Origin: an uncultured Veillonellaceae bacterium
GTDB taxonomy: Bacteria > Bacillota > Negativicutes > JARBTT01
DNA length: 64,000 nucleotides
Assembly (NCBI GenBank): GCA_963805085.1
Contig: CAWDTA010000003.1
Span: forward strand, 256,001-320,000
Direction: 5' to 3'
The translations under genes were made by a program, and so were the position numbers. This document shows positions 10,788 through 20,193 of the stretch, piece after piece; position 1 is the first letter of the stretch, and each line of letters starts with the position of its first letter. The notes under the pieces were generated by a model. That model was not told the DNA's origin. It worked only from the letters and a program-made list of their open reading frames with translations, and did no database searches.

Positions 10788-11573
10788 ATGAAGAAATTAG
10801 TTGCATTGCTCTTATTGGTTGTTATGGCTGGGGCATTAGTTGCTGGTTGTGGCGCTGACACTGCTAAAAAAGAAACAGCAAAGAAAAAAATTGTTGTTGG
10901 GCTGGATGATAACTTCCCACCAATGGGCTTTAAAGATGAAAAAAATAACATCGTTGGTTTCGATATTGATATGGCAAAAGAAGTTGCAAAAAGACTTGGC
11001 AGAGAAGTTGAATTTAAAGCGATCGACTGGAGCAGTAAAGAAGCTGAGCTGAAAAGCGGTCGTATTGATGTACTTTGGAATGGCTTAAACATCACTGAAA
11101 AACGTAAAGAAAATATGTTGTTTAGTGAACCGTACATGGAAGCAAAACAATTGATTTTCGTAAAAGTAGATTCGCCTATCAAAGGTGAAGCTGATTTAAC
11201 AGGTAAAGTCATTGGTATGCAAAGTGCAAGTGTAGCAGAAGAAAACCTTGATGCTGATGCAAAATTAAAAGCAGCAATCAAAGAAGCAAAAAAATATCCT
11301 GATTGCATTTCGGCAATGATGGATCTAGAAAATGGTCGTGTGGATGCAATTATTACGGATGAAATCGTTGGTCGTTATTATATGAGTAAAAATAAAGATA
11401 AATTCGTTGCTTTGGAACAACCCGTTGGTCCTGTGGGTAACTTTGGAATCGGCTATCGTAAAGATGACACAGGTTTAAAGACCGAGATTCAAGATGTACT
11501 TAATGAAATGAAAAAAGATGGTACAGCAGCGAAGATTTCAACGCAATGGTTCGGTAAGGATATTACTAAATAA
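10788..11573 (+). CDS. Polar amino-acid ABC transporter substrate-binding lipoprotein
   Basis: Lipobox VAGC; FPPMGF, GFDID SBP family 3 motifs. Confidence 0.92.
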   Translation: MKKLVALLLLVVMAGALVAGCGADTAKKETAKKKIVVGLDDNFPPMGFKDEKNNIVGFDIDMAKEVAKRLGREVEFKAIDWSSKEAELKSGRIDVLWNGLNITEKRKENMLFSEPYMEAKQLIFVKVDSPIKGEADLTGKVIGMQSASVAEENLDADAKLKAAIKEAKKYPDCISAMMDLENGRVDAIITDEIVGRYYMSKNKDKFVALEQPVGPVGNFGIGYRKDDTGLKTEIQDVLNEMKKDGTAAKISTQWFGKDITK

Positions 11574-11690
11574 ACTAGTACGAAGATAGGTTGTCGGTTG
11601 GCGAGAAGTGCTCAGATGCTAGGCGCAGCAACTTGCTGCAACGACGCAGATGGGTGCTTATCGTCTGCCTGCGGCCTATCTGTCCCATAG
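11571..11690. repeat. Dispersed palindromic MITE-like element, short copy
   Basis: taaactagtacgaagatagg...cagatgctaggc...acgacgcagatg...catag matches 15091-15253. Confidence 0.7.
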
Positions 11691-11772
11691 TATGTCTACA
11701 ATTTGAGGCTGCCGCAATGTAATTGCGGCAGCCCCTCTTCGTATAGTAAACTGGGTTTTAAGGAGAATCATC

Positions 11773-12417
11773 ATGGAAAAAATAATAGGAATGATAGTGC
11801 CGATGTTAGATGGTATCACCGTTACCTTGCAAGTCTTTTTTATTACACTGGCATTATCTTTGCCATTAGGATTGTTCTTGGCGCTGGCAAGACTTTCTAA
11901 GTATCGCTCAGTAAGCTTTTTAGTAGAAACTTATATTTGGTTGATGCGTGGGACACCGCTTATGCTACAATTGTTATTTGTTTATTTTGCGTTGCCATCA
12001 ATGGGAATTTTATTGCCTGATTTTGCGGCTGCGCTTTTGGCCTTTACCCTCAACTATGCCGCTTACTTTGCTGAAATTTTCCGCGCGGGGATTCAGTCAA
12101 TTGAGCGTGGACAATATGAAGCGTCCAAAGCTTTGGGGATGACGTATATTCAAACGATGCGCCGGATTATCATTCCGCAAATGATCAAACGTGTATTGCC
12201 ACCAGTAAGCAATGAAACGATCACCTTGGTTAAAGATACTTCTCTCATTTATATTTTAGCGATGAATGACTTGCTTCGTGTTGCCAGAACGATTGTACAA
12301 CGCGAATTTGATATGACCCCATTTGTGATTGCTGGTGTTTTCTACCTAGCAATGACCTTTGTTTTAACGTGGATTTTTAACAAGTTAGAATCACATTATG
12401 CGAAGTATGATGAGTAG
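11773..12417 (+). CDS. Polar amino-acid ABC transporter permease
   Basis: RGTPLMLQL, AEIFRAGI, GQYEAS (EAA loop), KDTSL. Confidence 0.93.
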   Translation: MEKIIGMIVPMLDGITVTLQVFFITLALSLPLGLFLALARLSKYRSVSFLVETYIWLMRGTPLMLQLLFVYFALPSMGILLPDFAAALLAFTLNYAAYFAEIFRAGIQSIERGQYEASKALGMTYIQTMRRIIIPQMIKRVLPPVSNETITLVKDTSLIYILAMNDLLRVARTIVQREFDMTPFVIAGVFYLAMTFVLTWIFNKLESHYAKYDE

Positions 12418-12432
12418 GAAGGAGGCGTTAGC

Positions 12433-13194
12433 ATGAGTGAAACGATGATTGTATTACAAGATATTCATAAAAGTTTTAATCAATTAGACGTATTGAAGGG
12501 AATTAATCTCGAAGTCAGACGCGGTGAGGTCGTTGCGATTATTGGACCATCTGGTTCTGGGAAAAGTACGCTTCTACGTTGCCTAAATCGTCTTGAAACC
12601 ATCGATAAAGGTACTATTACGGTGGAAGGTGAGACTTTAGCCGAAGATGTCAATGGCGCATGCCATTACACGAGCGATGTAAAATCACGAGAAATTTGTG
12701 GAAAGATGGGGATGGTTTTTCAACATTTTAATTTATTTCCCCATATGACTGTACTTGAAAATTTAATCGAAGCACCTATTATGGTAAAAGGTATGAAACG
12801 TGAAGAAATTATACCGGTTGCCGAAGAATTGCTTAAAAAAGTTGGTTTATTTGATAAAAAAGATTGCTACCCTTCTCGTTTATCTGGAGGACAAAAACAA
12901 CGGGTGGCGATTGCCAGAGCGCTTGCAATGAATCCAGCGATTATGCTCTTTGATGAACCAACTTCGGCGCTTGATCCGGAACTTACTGGGGAAGTTCTGA
13001 AAACGATGCGCGAGCTTGCTGAGGAACACATGACCATGATTGTTGTGACGCATGAGATGGCTTTTGCACGTGAAGTAGCGCAAAAAGTGATTTTTATGGC
13101 TGATGGAGATATTGTAGAAGCGGGCGCACCAGTGGAATTATTTACGAATCCAAAGCAAGTGAGAACACAATCTTTTTTAAAGAATATGTTATAA
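12433..13194 (+). CDS. Polar amino-acid ABC transporter ATPase (GlnQ-like)
   Basis: [26 protein letters not shown]. Confidence 0.95.
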   Translation: MSETMIVLQDIHKSFNQLDVLKGINLEVRRGEVVAIIGPSGSGKSTLLRCLNRLETIDKGTITVEGETLAEDVNGACHYTSDVKSREICGKMGMVFQHFNLFPHMTVLENLIEAPIMVKGMKREEIIPVAEELLKKVGLFDKKDCYPSRLSGGQKQRVAIARALAMNPAIMLFDEPTSALDPELTGEVLKTMRELAEEHMTMIVVTHEMAFAREVAQKVIFMADGDIVEAGAPVELFTNPKQVRTQSFLKNML

Positions 13195-13350
13195 TTATAA
13201 TTAAAAAAGAAGCCGAATTTGCTAAATGATAGATAAAAATCGAGCTGTTTTTCAAAAACAGTTCGATTTTTTGTCGAAAGGTATTGCAATATGATGCAAC
13301 ATGTTTTATAATAGTGTCCATTCAAGTGTTTCAGACAATTACATATGTAT

Positions 13351-13536
13351 ACCGAATGAAGTCTACGGAAGAGTGGCAATTTTGCCCGCCGAAGGAGTAA
13401 CACTCTCAGGCACTCAATATTTTTTTGAGTAGAACCGTAGATGGACGGGACTCTGGAGAGGACTCTTAAATGAGTCGCCGAAGGTGAAAACAGGTAATGA
13501 ACATTACTTGCAAATCTCTCAGGCAAAAGGACAGAG
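13351..13536 (+). ncRNA. Tandem glycine riboswitch
   Basis: Two aptamers, each with GGA(A)GAG...CGCCGAAGG...CTCTCAGG; P1 stems tctacgg/ccgtaga and ctctg/cagag. Confidence 0.93.
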
Positions 13537-13632
13537 ACAAACGATACTATCTTGATGGATGAAATATTGCGTGTATTTTGAATTCATTATTGTTTATGCT
13601 ATCGTTTTGCCAGTATGCTGCTTCTTAAATTC

Positions 13633-13664
13633 AGAGTCAAGTCATTATGATTTGACTCTTTTTT
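13633..13664 (+). terminator. Leader terminator between the riboswitch and the first LivJ-like gene
   Basis: agagtcaagtcattatgatttgactct followed by a T-run. Confidence 0.65.
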
Positions 13665-13764
13665 ATTTTTAAGTTGTTTGACTGCCCCTCTTAAACGTAC
13701 CTGCATATGTGTTGTTTGGCAAAGAATAGGATTGTATTTATTTGAGAAGAGGGGATTTTTTTTT

Positions 13765-14928
13765 ATGGAAAATAAAAGTAAATTAGTCGCGGTAATGATG
13801 CTGGTCGTTATGTTAGTAATTGTACTCACTGGTTGTGGTGGGGCAGATTCCAATAAAATAAAAATTGGCCTGTTAAATGAAATGACTGGTGGGAATGCGA
13901 CACTCGGAACATCTTCGGCAAATGGCGCAAAATTAGCGTTTAAAGAAGCCAATGCGGATGGTGGTGTTCTAGGAAAGCAAATTGAAGCTGTAGTAGCTGA
14001 TAATAAATCCGAACCAGCCGAGGCTGCGAATGCAATGACGAAATTAATCAGCCAAGATAGAGTCGTTGCAGTTACTGGTACATTCTCAAGTTCCAATGCG
14101 ATTGCTGCTGCAAGTGTTGCGGAAGCAGCAAAAGTTCCGTATCTTGCTTCTGGAGCAACAAATCCAAAAGTAACTGTAGATGAAAAAACCGGTAAAGTAA
14201 ACGATTATGTTTTCCGTGTATGTTTCATCGATCCATTCCAAGGTACAGTTGCAGCAAATTTTGCAGTTGATAGCTTGAAATTAAAGAAAGCTGTTATGTT
14301 AATTGACAATAGCAGTGACTATAGTAAAGGTCTCGGTGATTTCTTCAAAAAAGCTTACACTGCAAAAGGCGGTGAAATTTTAGGCGAAGAAGCCTATTTA
14401 CAAAAAGATCAAGATTTTAAAACAATCTTAACAAAAATTAAAGGCTTAAATGCAGAAGTTATCTATGTTCCTGGTTATTATGAAGAAGTAGGTAAGATTG
14501 CCAAACAAGCGCGTGAACTTGGTATTGAAGCAGTGATCATCGGTGGTGATGGTTGGGATTCTCCTAAGTTAGCGGAAATCGCGGGTAGCGCTGCGCTTAA
14601 TAATACGTATTTTACCAATCATTATTCTGTAGAATCCAACGATCCAAAAGCAAAATCTTTCGTTGATGCTTATACGAAAGAATACGGTCAAAAACCAGAT
14701 GCACTAGCTGTACTTGGCTATGATGCAGCTCGTGTACTAATTGATGCGATCACTCGGGCAAATAGCATTGATCCTAACAAGATTCGTGAAGCATTGGCTG
14801 ATACGAAAAACTTCGATGCAATTAGCGGTGAAACTACCCTGAATGAAACACATGATGCTGTGAAGAATGCGGTTGTTATTGAAATGAAAGATGGCAAACA
14901 AACCTTCAAAACAAGTGTAAAACCTTAA
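13765..14928 (+). CDS. LivJ/LivK-family ABC substrate-binding lipoprotein (paralog 1)
   Basis: Lipobox LTGC; FRVCFIDPFQG, GGDGWDS; start reassigned to ATG 13765. Confidence 0.9.
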   Translation: MENKSKLVAVMMLVVMLVIVLTGCGGADSNKIKIGLLNEMTGGNATLGTSSANGAKLAFKEANADGGVLGKQIEAVVADNKSEPAEAANAMTKLISQDRVVAVTGTFSSSNAIAAASVAEAAKVPYLASGATNPKVTVDEKTGKVNDYVFRVCFIDPFQGTVAANFAVDSLKLKKAVMLIDNSSDYSKGLGDFFKKAYTAKGGEILGEEAYLQKDQDFKTILTKIKGLNAEVIYVPGYYEEVGKIAKQARELGIEAVIIGGDGWDSPKLAEIAGSAALNNTYFTNHYSVESNDPKAKSFVDAYTKEYGQKPDALAVLGYDAARVLIDAITRANSIDPNKIREALADTKNFDAISGETTLNETHDAVKNAVVIEMKDGKQTFKTSVKP

Positions 14929-15090
14929 CGAAACCTAGGATAAAGAATTATCTATGCACAAAGGATATTGCTTATTTTCAGGTATTTTTCTAACGAAAGA
15001 AGAGTGAACCTCTTGGTTCACTCTCAGGCTGTCGACAAAATAAAATATTTGAGTCGATGATTTAGAAAATATCTAAATCCGTTCCACTTA

Positions 15091-15253
15091 TAAACTAGTA
15101 CGAAGATAGGCTGCCGGCTGGTGAGAAGTACGCAGATGCTAGGCACAGTAAAGAGTTGCGAAGGAGTAGTACTTTCGTACGTCGACGAGCAGTACCTTGC
15201 TGTAACGACGCAGATGAGTGCTTCTCGTCGACTCGCGGCCTGTCTGTCCATAG
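15091..15253. repeat. Dispersed palindromic MITE-like element, long copy
   Basis: Same termini as 11571-11690 plus an internal segment (aagagttgcgaaggagtagtactttcgtacgtcgacgagcagtac). Confidence 0.7.
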
Positions 15254-15568
15254 CTTGTGTGTATTTATGCAGGAGTACATTGTACGTTGTATACATAATT
15301 TGTTTTACAGAAAAGTATTGCATATTCAAATTACATGATTTATAATAACATTAGTCTAATAGATAGAAAAATAAATAAATAATTCCTGCAGGTTTATTTT
15401 CGACATCGAAAATAGCAATGTTAGCTATTAAGAGTCAAGTCATTTAAAATGATTTGGCTCTTTTTTATTTATTTTTATATCCTTTAGCTGTAGGAAAGTT
15501 CTAGGTTATATTGTCTGGTAACAGCCAGATGGGTCAAGATTCAATAACGGAAAGTAGAAGGGGGCATT

Positions 15569-16741
15569 TTGGTTATGAAATTTAGTAAAAAGAGATTTTT
15601 AGCAATGGCTCTGGGCGTTTGTTTTAGCGCAACAGCATTGGTTGGTTGTGGTGGCGGTTCCGATTCGAAAGACATTAAAATCGGTATGGTAGCAGAACTA
15701 ACGGGCAGTAATGCTACTTATGGTACTTCACTTGTCAATGGTGCTAAATTGGCCATAAAAGAGAAAAATGCCAAAGGCGGGGTACTTGGTAAACAAGTGT
15801 CAACCGTAGTCGCTGATAATAAAAGCGAACCATCTGAATCAGCAAATGCAATGACGAAAATCATCAATCAAGATAAAGTTGTCGCAGTAACTGGCATTTT
15901 TACAAGTTCTAGTGCAATTGCTGCATCTAGTGTTGCAGAAGCAAGTAAAATACCATTCCTTACTGTTGGTGCTACCAATCCAAAAGTAACAGTAGGCGAT
16001 GATGGCAAAGTTAAAGATTATACATTCCGCGTGTGCTTCATCGATCCTTTCCAAGGAACAGTTGGTGCAAACTTCGTACTTGATGAATTGAAACTTAAGA
16101 AAACTGTTATGTTAATTGATAATAGCAGTGACTATAGTAAAGGATTGGCTTCATTCTTTAAGAAAGCTTACACTGCTAAAGGCGGTGAAATCGTAGGAGA
16201 AGAAGCTTATTTACAAAAAGACCAAGATTTTAAAACAATCTTAACAAAAATTAAAACTATGGGTGCTGAAGTAATTTATGTACCTGGTTATTATGAAGAA
16301 GTAGGTAAAATTGTAAAACAAGCGCGCGAAATTGGAATCACTGCTCCAATCGTTGGTGGTGATGGTTGGGATTCACCTAAACTAGTTGAAATCGCTGGTG
16401 GTGAAGCTCTTAACAATACGTTCTTCACAAATCACTATTCTGTAGATGATCCAAATCCATTATCAAAGACTTTCGTAGATGCTTATACGAAAGAATATGG
16501 TCAAAAACCAGATGCTCCAGCAGTTCTTGGTTATGACGCTATGAATGTAATGATGGATGCAATCGAAAGTGCAAAGAGCACTGATGCAAATAAGATTCGT
16601 GAAGCTTTAGCAGCTACAAAAGACTATAAAGCAGTCACTGGTTCTACTACATTAAATGATACACATGATGCTGTAAAAGGTGCTGCGATTATTGAATTCA
16701 AAGATGGTAAGCAATTATACCGTGCAACTGTTAACCCATGA
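15569..16741 (+). CDS. LivJ/LivK-family ABC substrate-binding lipoprotein (paralog 2)
   Basis: Lipobox LVGC; long stretches identical to paralog 1 (e.g. EEAYLQKDQDFKTILTKIK). Confidence 0.9.
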   Translation: MVMKFSKKRFLAMALGVCFSATALVGCGGGSDSKDIKIGMVAELTGSNATYGTSLVNGAKLAIKEKNAKGGVLGKQVSTVVADNKSEPSESANAMTKIINQDKVVAVTGIFTSSSAIAASSVAEASKIPFLTVGATNPKVTVGDDGKVKDYTFRVCFIDPFQGTVGANFVLDELKLKKTVMLIDNSSDYSKGLASFFKKAYTAKGGEIVGEEAYLQKDQDFKTILTKIKTMGAEVIYVPGYYEEVGKIVKQAREIGITAPIVGGDGWDSPKLVEIAGGEALNNTFFTNHYSVDDPNPLSKTFVDAYTKEYGQKPDAPAVLGYDAMNVMMDAIESAKSTDANKIREALAATKDYKAVTGSTTLNDTHDAVKGAAIIEFKDGKQLYRATVNP

Positions 16742-16792
16742 ATGAATAAAACCTAATTTTATTCACCTCTCTCAAATATAAATATACACAAG

Positions 16793-16841
16793 GCAAAAGC
16801 CCCCAATCATAGGATATAAACCTAAGATTGGGGGCTTTTGC
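16793..16841. terminator. Intrinsic terminator at the left border of the island
   Basis: gcaaaagcccccaatc...gattgggggcttttgc. Confidence 0.8.
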
Positions 16842-17553
16842 TATGCTCATTTGCATATTTAGATCTTAGTTTTTAAATGGTATATCAATAGGTGAGGAGT
16901 ATTCAAAAAATTAATATAAGCACCTATACTTTTTAGAGCTATACTGTACGGATAAATAATAGAAGGACAAGTATACTTAATGTAATAAAAATATATATAA
17001 TTGAAAATATGATAAATATTGACAGAAATTAATAAAATATTTACTCTTTATTTGTTGAGTATTTAATCATCGAGCAGAGTGAAGAAGAGAAAAATCATAT
17101 TTTAAAATGTGGAGGGAGTATATGAATTAAACAAGTGGTTAGTCTAATCTTTTGAAATTTACGGGCGAAGAATGAGGAAAGAGCTAAATTATTATTCTGG
17201 ATGTAAAGTTATGCCAATCGATACAATAAAAGAGAAAATTTCTCATCCTGATCGACGTAGGGAGCTGAAGGTAAAACCTTAGCTCCTTTGTTTTTTTACT
17301 GAACTTATTGAGAGAAAGGGGGCATTGGAACCAAACATCTTTATATTATTATAAGTACAAAATTTCTGACATAAATGACTGCTTGGTAGCAATTTTTTTT
17401 TATTGTCAAAAACGATTTTCGATTCCAGTACCAGACTAACTGAATTAGTCATCTGATTATATTGAATGCTGTTTTTTGGGGGGAATAATTGTTGTCCAAA
17501 GACTGATATGCATGTTTGGTCGGTGCTACCTGTAGTATTAAGGAGGTATTTGC

Positions 17554-17958
17554 ATGCGTAGTAAATCACAAGCAATATTAGATCAGAATTTAGCAGCGCA
17601 ATATGCTTTAAATGAAAATGAATATGACAGTCAAAAAATTTTGAATATTATCCGACGTTATTATGAGCTAAGAAGTTCAGCCGAAATTACTGCTGCACAA
17701 TATGGCTATGTTAGCAGCGGTAGCGATCCTGCTCATGGTAAAGATTATATTATGTGTGTTCTTGCCGATATTGATCAGGGGGTATCTATATTATCAGCAA
17801 GACAATTGGATGTTGTTAAACTTTTAAAAATGGGGTATCTGATTAAGGAAATTAGTAAAATTTTGGGTCTCAGACAGGTGACTGTAAACTTTCATATCCG
17901 TCAGGCGGGCTTACGGTTAGCCGCCTATCTTAATGACTTAAGGGAAGTGATAAGATGA
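17554..17958 (+). CDS. Sigma70-region-4/LuxR-type HTH protein, putative activator of the tail locus
   Basis: C-terminal LSARQLDVVKLLKMGYLIKEISKILGLRQVTVNFHI HTH; RBS aaggagg. Confidence 0.7.
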   Translation: MRSKSQAILDQNLAAQYALNENEYDSQKILNIIRRYYELRSSAEITAAQYGYVSSGSDPAHGKDYIMCVLADIDQGVSILSARQLDVVKLLKMGYLIKEISKILGLRQVTVNFHIRQAGLRLAAYLNDLREVIR

Positions 17959-18149
17959 GACAATATTATACATTGGAAATGCTAGAGGAGTTTTAGCGGT
18001 GTCAAGAACCAAGTATGTCTGAAGAAGTAGTAGAGAAAAAGGCAAAAAATTTAAAGAGGGTATTAAACACTCTGGAAATTAGCTGGTCGCGCAGTAATCA
18101 CCGGTTTTATGAGCACAACCAGCTTCAGGATTTTTCGCAAAAAATTTAA
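17955..18149 (+). pseudogene. Small coupled ORF interrupted by an in-frame TAG
   Basis: ATGA overlap with the upstream stop; MRQYYTLEMLEEF*RCQEPS...FSQKI*, TAG at 17994-17996. Confidence 0.5.
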
Positions 18150-18210
18150 TTGAGGAATCACTATCCTTAGTTGCTGTTTAATGTACGTATAAAAAGTAGG
18201 AGGTGAAAAT

Positions 18211-18378
18211 ATGATTTGTCCACTACTTTATATCAAACCCGATAATACCATGGTTTCAGTTGGTCAATGTATGGAGGAGGCCTGCGCCTGGTGGATTACC
18301 GATAGTAGTACAACAGGTACAAGTACAGGTAAATGTGCAATCTGCCAGCTGGGAGAGTCTGCTGCCAAGCAGGAATAA
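18211..18378 (+). CDS. 55-aa Cys-rich small protein (absent from the ORF track)
   Basis: RBS aggaggtg; MICPLL...CMEEACAWW...KCAIC. Confidence 0.7.
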   Translation: MICPLLYIKPDNTMVSVGQCMEEACAWWITDSSTTGTSTGKCAICQLGESAAKQE

Positions 18379-18399
18379 TAGGAGAAAGGAGATGGCGAT

Positions 18400-18876
18400 A
18401 TGATTTCAACATTGAAATTAAGTGACATTACCAGTAAATGGCGGGATGCTTTAAAGGCAAGTACGGCGATTCAAAACTACTGCACGAGCAAGTACAATCA
18501 GATGCCAAAAATCTATGTTGGCATTAACGGTAAAAAATTGCCGGCAGATACCGACTGTCCATTGATCATCCTTTATCCCGGCGCGAAAACGGAAGGGCTC
18601 GAGCTAAAGGAATACACCTATAAACTTACAGTGGGCTGGATCATACTTCAAGACGCGACGACAACGACTAACAACGTAACAGAGTATTCGGGCGTTGCAG
18701 AATGTGATGAACTTGGCCAACTGATATATCAAGAACTGGCGGGACTGAGTACGGATAATCCGATCAGCGAAATGAAGTACAGTATTGAACCAGTGGCCTA
18801 TTATCCGCGTTTTCCCGGACGTATGGATATTACCATAAAATTAACGCCTGTCAATGGCTATAACATTGAATATTAA
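18400..18876 (+). CDS. Putative tail terminator/completion protein
   Basis: Size, position immediately before the tube gene and an alternating beta pattern; family not recognised with certainty. Confidence 0.55.
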   Translation: MISTLKLSDITSKWRDALKASTAIQNYCTSKYNQMPKIYVGINGKKLPADTDCPLIILYPGAKTEGLELKEYTYKLTVGWIILQDATTTTNNVTEYSGVAECDELGQLIYQELAGLSTDNPISEMKYSIEPVAYYPRFPGRMDITIKLTPVNGYNIEY

Positions 18877-18887
18877 GGAGGTACAAC

Positions 18888-19841
18888 ATGTCAAGAGCAA
18901 AAGGATATAATTCTCAATTAGCCATGGGGTATGAAACTACCTATGGCAAAACGCCAACGTCGATTAAGGGGTATAATATGCCGTTTAATCAGTCGAAAAT
19001 CGGAACTAAACAAAATTTAATCGAATCGAGCACTATTCGTGGACGCCGCGATAAAGAACAACCAGCGGTAGGGAGTATCGATGTATCCGGTAGTATCGTA
19101 GTGCCAATCGATCAGGTTGGCATTGGGTTTTGGTTAGCGGCTATGTTTGGCAGCCCGACGACTACTGGTACTGGTGATCCTTATACCCATGTTTTCAAAA
19201 TAAAAGATGGACAGCCCTCTTTAGTGCTGGAACAGCAATACCCAGATATTACAACCTATGAAATGTTTAACGGCTGCAAAGCAAATAAGTTTTCCTTTAC
19301 GTATGGTGGCGATACCGAGTTGACCGCCCAAATAGATTTAATGGGTGCTAAAAGAACGATTGGGGCAACGTCTTTTACCTCTGATTTGACCGATATCTCG
19401 CTATTAAGATACAGCAATTTTCAAGGGACGATCGAAGAAGGCGGTTCACAACTGGCTACTGTGACCGAAGCGAATCTAAACGTGGATTTTGGCCTAGATG
19501 GCAAGTCCTACACCATTGGTGGAGGCGGCTGTCGAACTGAACTCCCGGAAGGATACGTGCAAGCGTCCGGGAATATCAAGGCATTTTTCGAAGATACGGT
19601 GCTGCTGAATAAGGCGATAAATAACACCAAAACATCGCTGAATTTCAAGTTTGCAAATGGCATGCACAGCTTAGGATTTTTCATGGAAGAAGTAATGCTC
19701 CAGCAAACTTCACCCGGTATAGAAAATGAAAAAGGCATCATAATTAACCTACCGTTTAAGGCATATTACAACAGCGGCACAGGTGGCAGTATCCTTGTTG
19801 CGACACTGGTCAATGATCATGCTTCCTACGCAGTGTCCTAA
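18888..19841 (+). CDS. Phage tail tube (major tail) protein, non-contractile type
   Basis: N-terminal G.NSQLAMGYETTYGKTP; LAAMFG..T..G..PYTH.F and GC(K)AN.FSF patterns typical of siphophage tube proteins; RBS aaggagg. Confidence 0.8.
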   Translation: MSRAKGYNSQLAMGYETTYGKTPTSIKGYNMPFNQSKIGTKQNLIESSTIRGRRDKEQPAVGSIDVSGSIVVPIDQVGIGFWLAAMFGSPTTTGTGDPYTHVFKIKDGQPSLVLEQQYPDITTYEMFNGCKANKFSFTYGGDTELTAQIDLMGAKRTIGATSFTSDLTDISLLRYSNFQGTIEEGGSQLATVTEANLNVDFGLDGKSYTIGGGGCRTELPEGYVQASGNIKAFFEDTVLLNKAINNTKTSLNFKFANGMHSLGFFMEEVMLQQTSPGIENEKGIIINLPFKAYYNSGTGGSILVATLVNDHASYAVS

Positions 19842-19901
19842 ACAAAAATAAAACCAAGTAACAGATTAGCGACAAGACTTTATAAAATGTAAACTATATC
19901 A

Positions 19902-19940
19902 TTCTTTACGCATTGTGCTTATGAAACAATGCGTAAAGAA
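19902..19940. terminator. Perfect 15-bp hairpin after the tube gene
   Basis: ttctttacgcattgt-9 nt-acaatgcgtaaagaa. Confidence 0.7.
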
Positions 19941-19950
19941 ACTTGGATTA

Positions 19951-20046
19951 TTTTCAAAGCATAAAATTATATGGTACATATAACTTTAATTTTTCCGCGA
20001 GAAATAGAAAGAGATAACATAAAAAAGGCCTGTTGGCCTTTTTTTA
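19951..20046 (+). repeat. Conserved element upstream of toxin 1 (copy 1)
   Basis: Matches 22783-22869; ends in aaaaaaggcctgttggcctttttt. Confidence 0.7.
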
Positions 20047-20193
20047 ATGGGATAGTATAAAGAAAATTATATAAATGTGCATTGGATAAATACCTGATAT
20101 TACTTAACCTTTGAATAAAAATTCAAAATGTTGTTGTAAAGAGCATCGTTAGTCCTGAAGGCAAGATAATATGCGGAGGGAGGGGATTGATGG

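Noticed and set aside
12867-13526. 219-aa minus-strand ORF
   Set aside because: Antisense to the ABC ATPase and the glycine riboswitch; no protein-like features.
15024-15345. Four short overlapping ORFs
   Set aside because: All fall on the GC-richer palindromic repeat and are best explained as chance open frames.
16860-17550. SOS (LexA/DinR) box or divergent repressor upstream of the island
   Set aside because: I found no convincing GAAC-N4-GTTC site, and the minus-strand 98-aa ORF has no HTH character.
17994-17996. Pyrrolysine or programmed amber read-through
   Set aside because: No pyl genes or supporting context in the window; a nonsense mutation is simpler.
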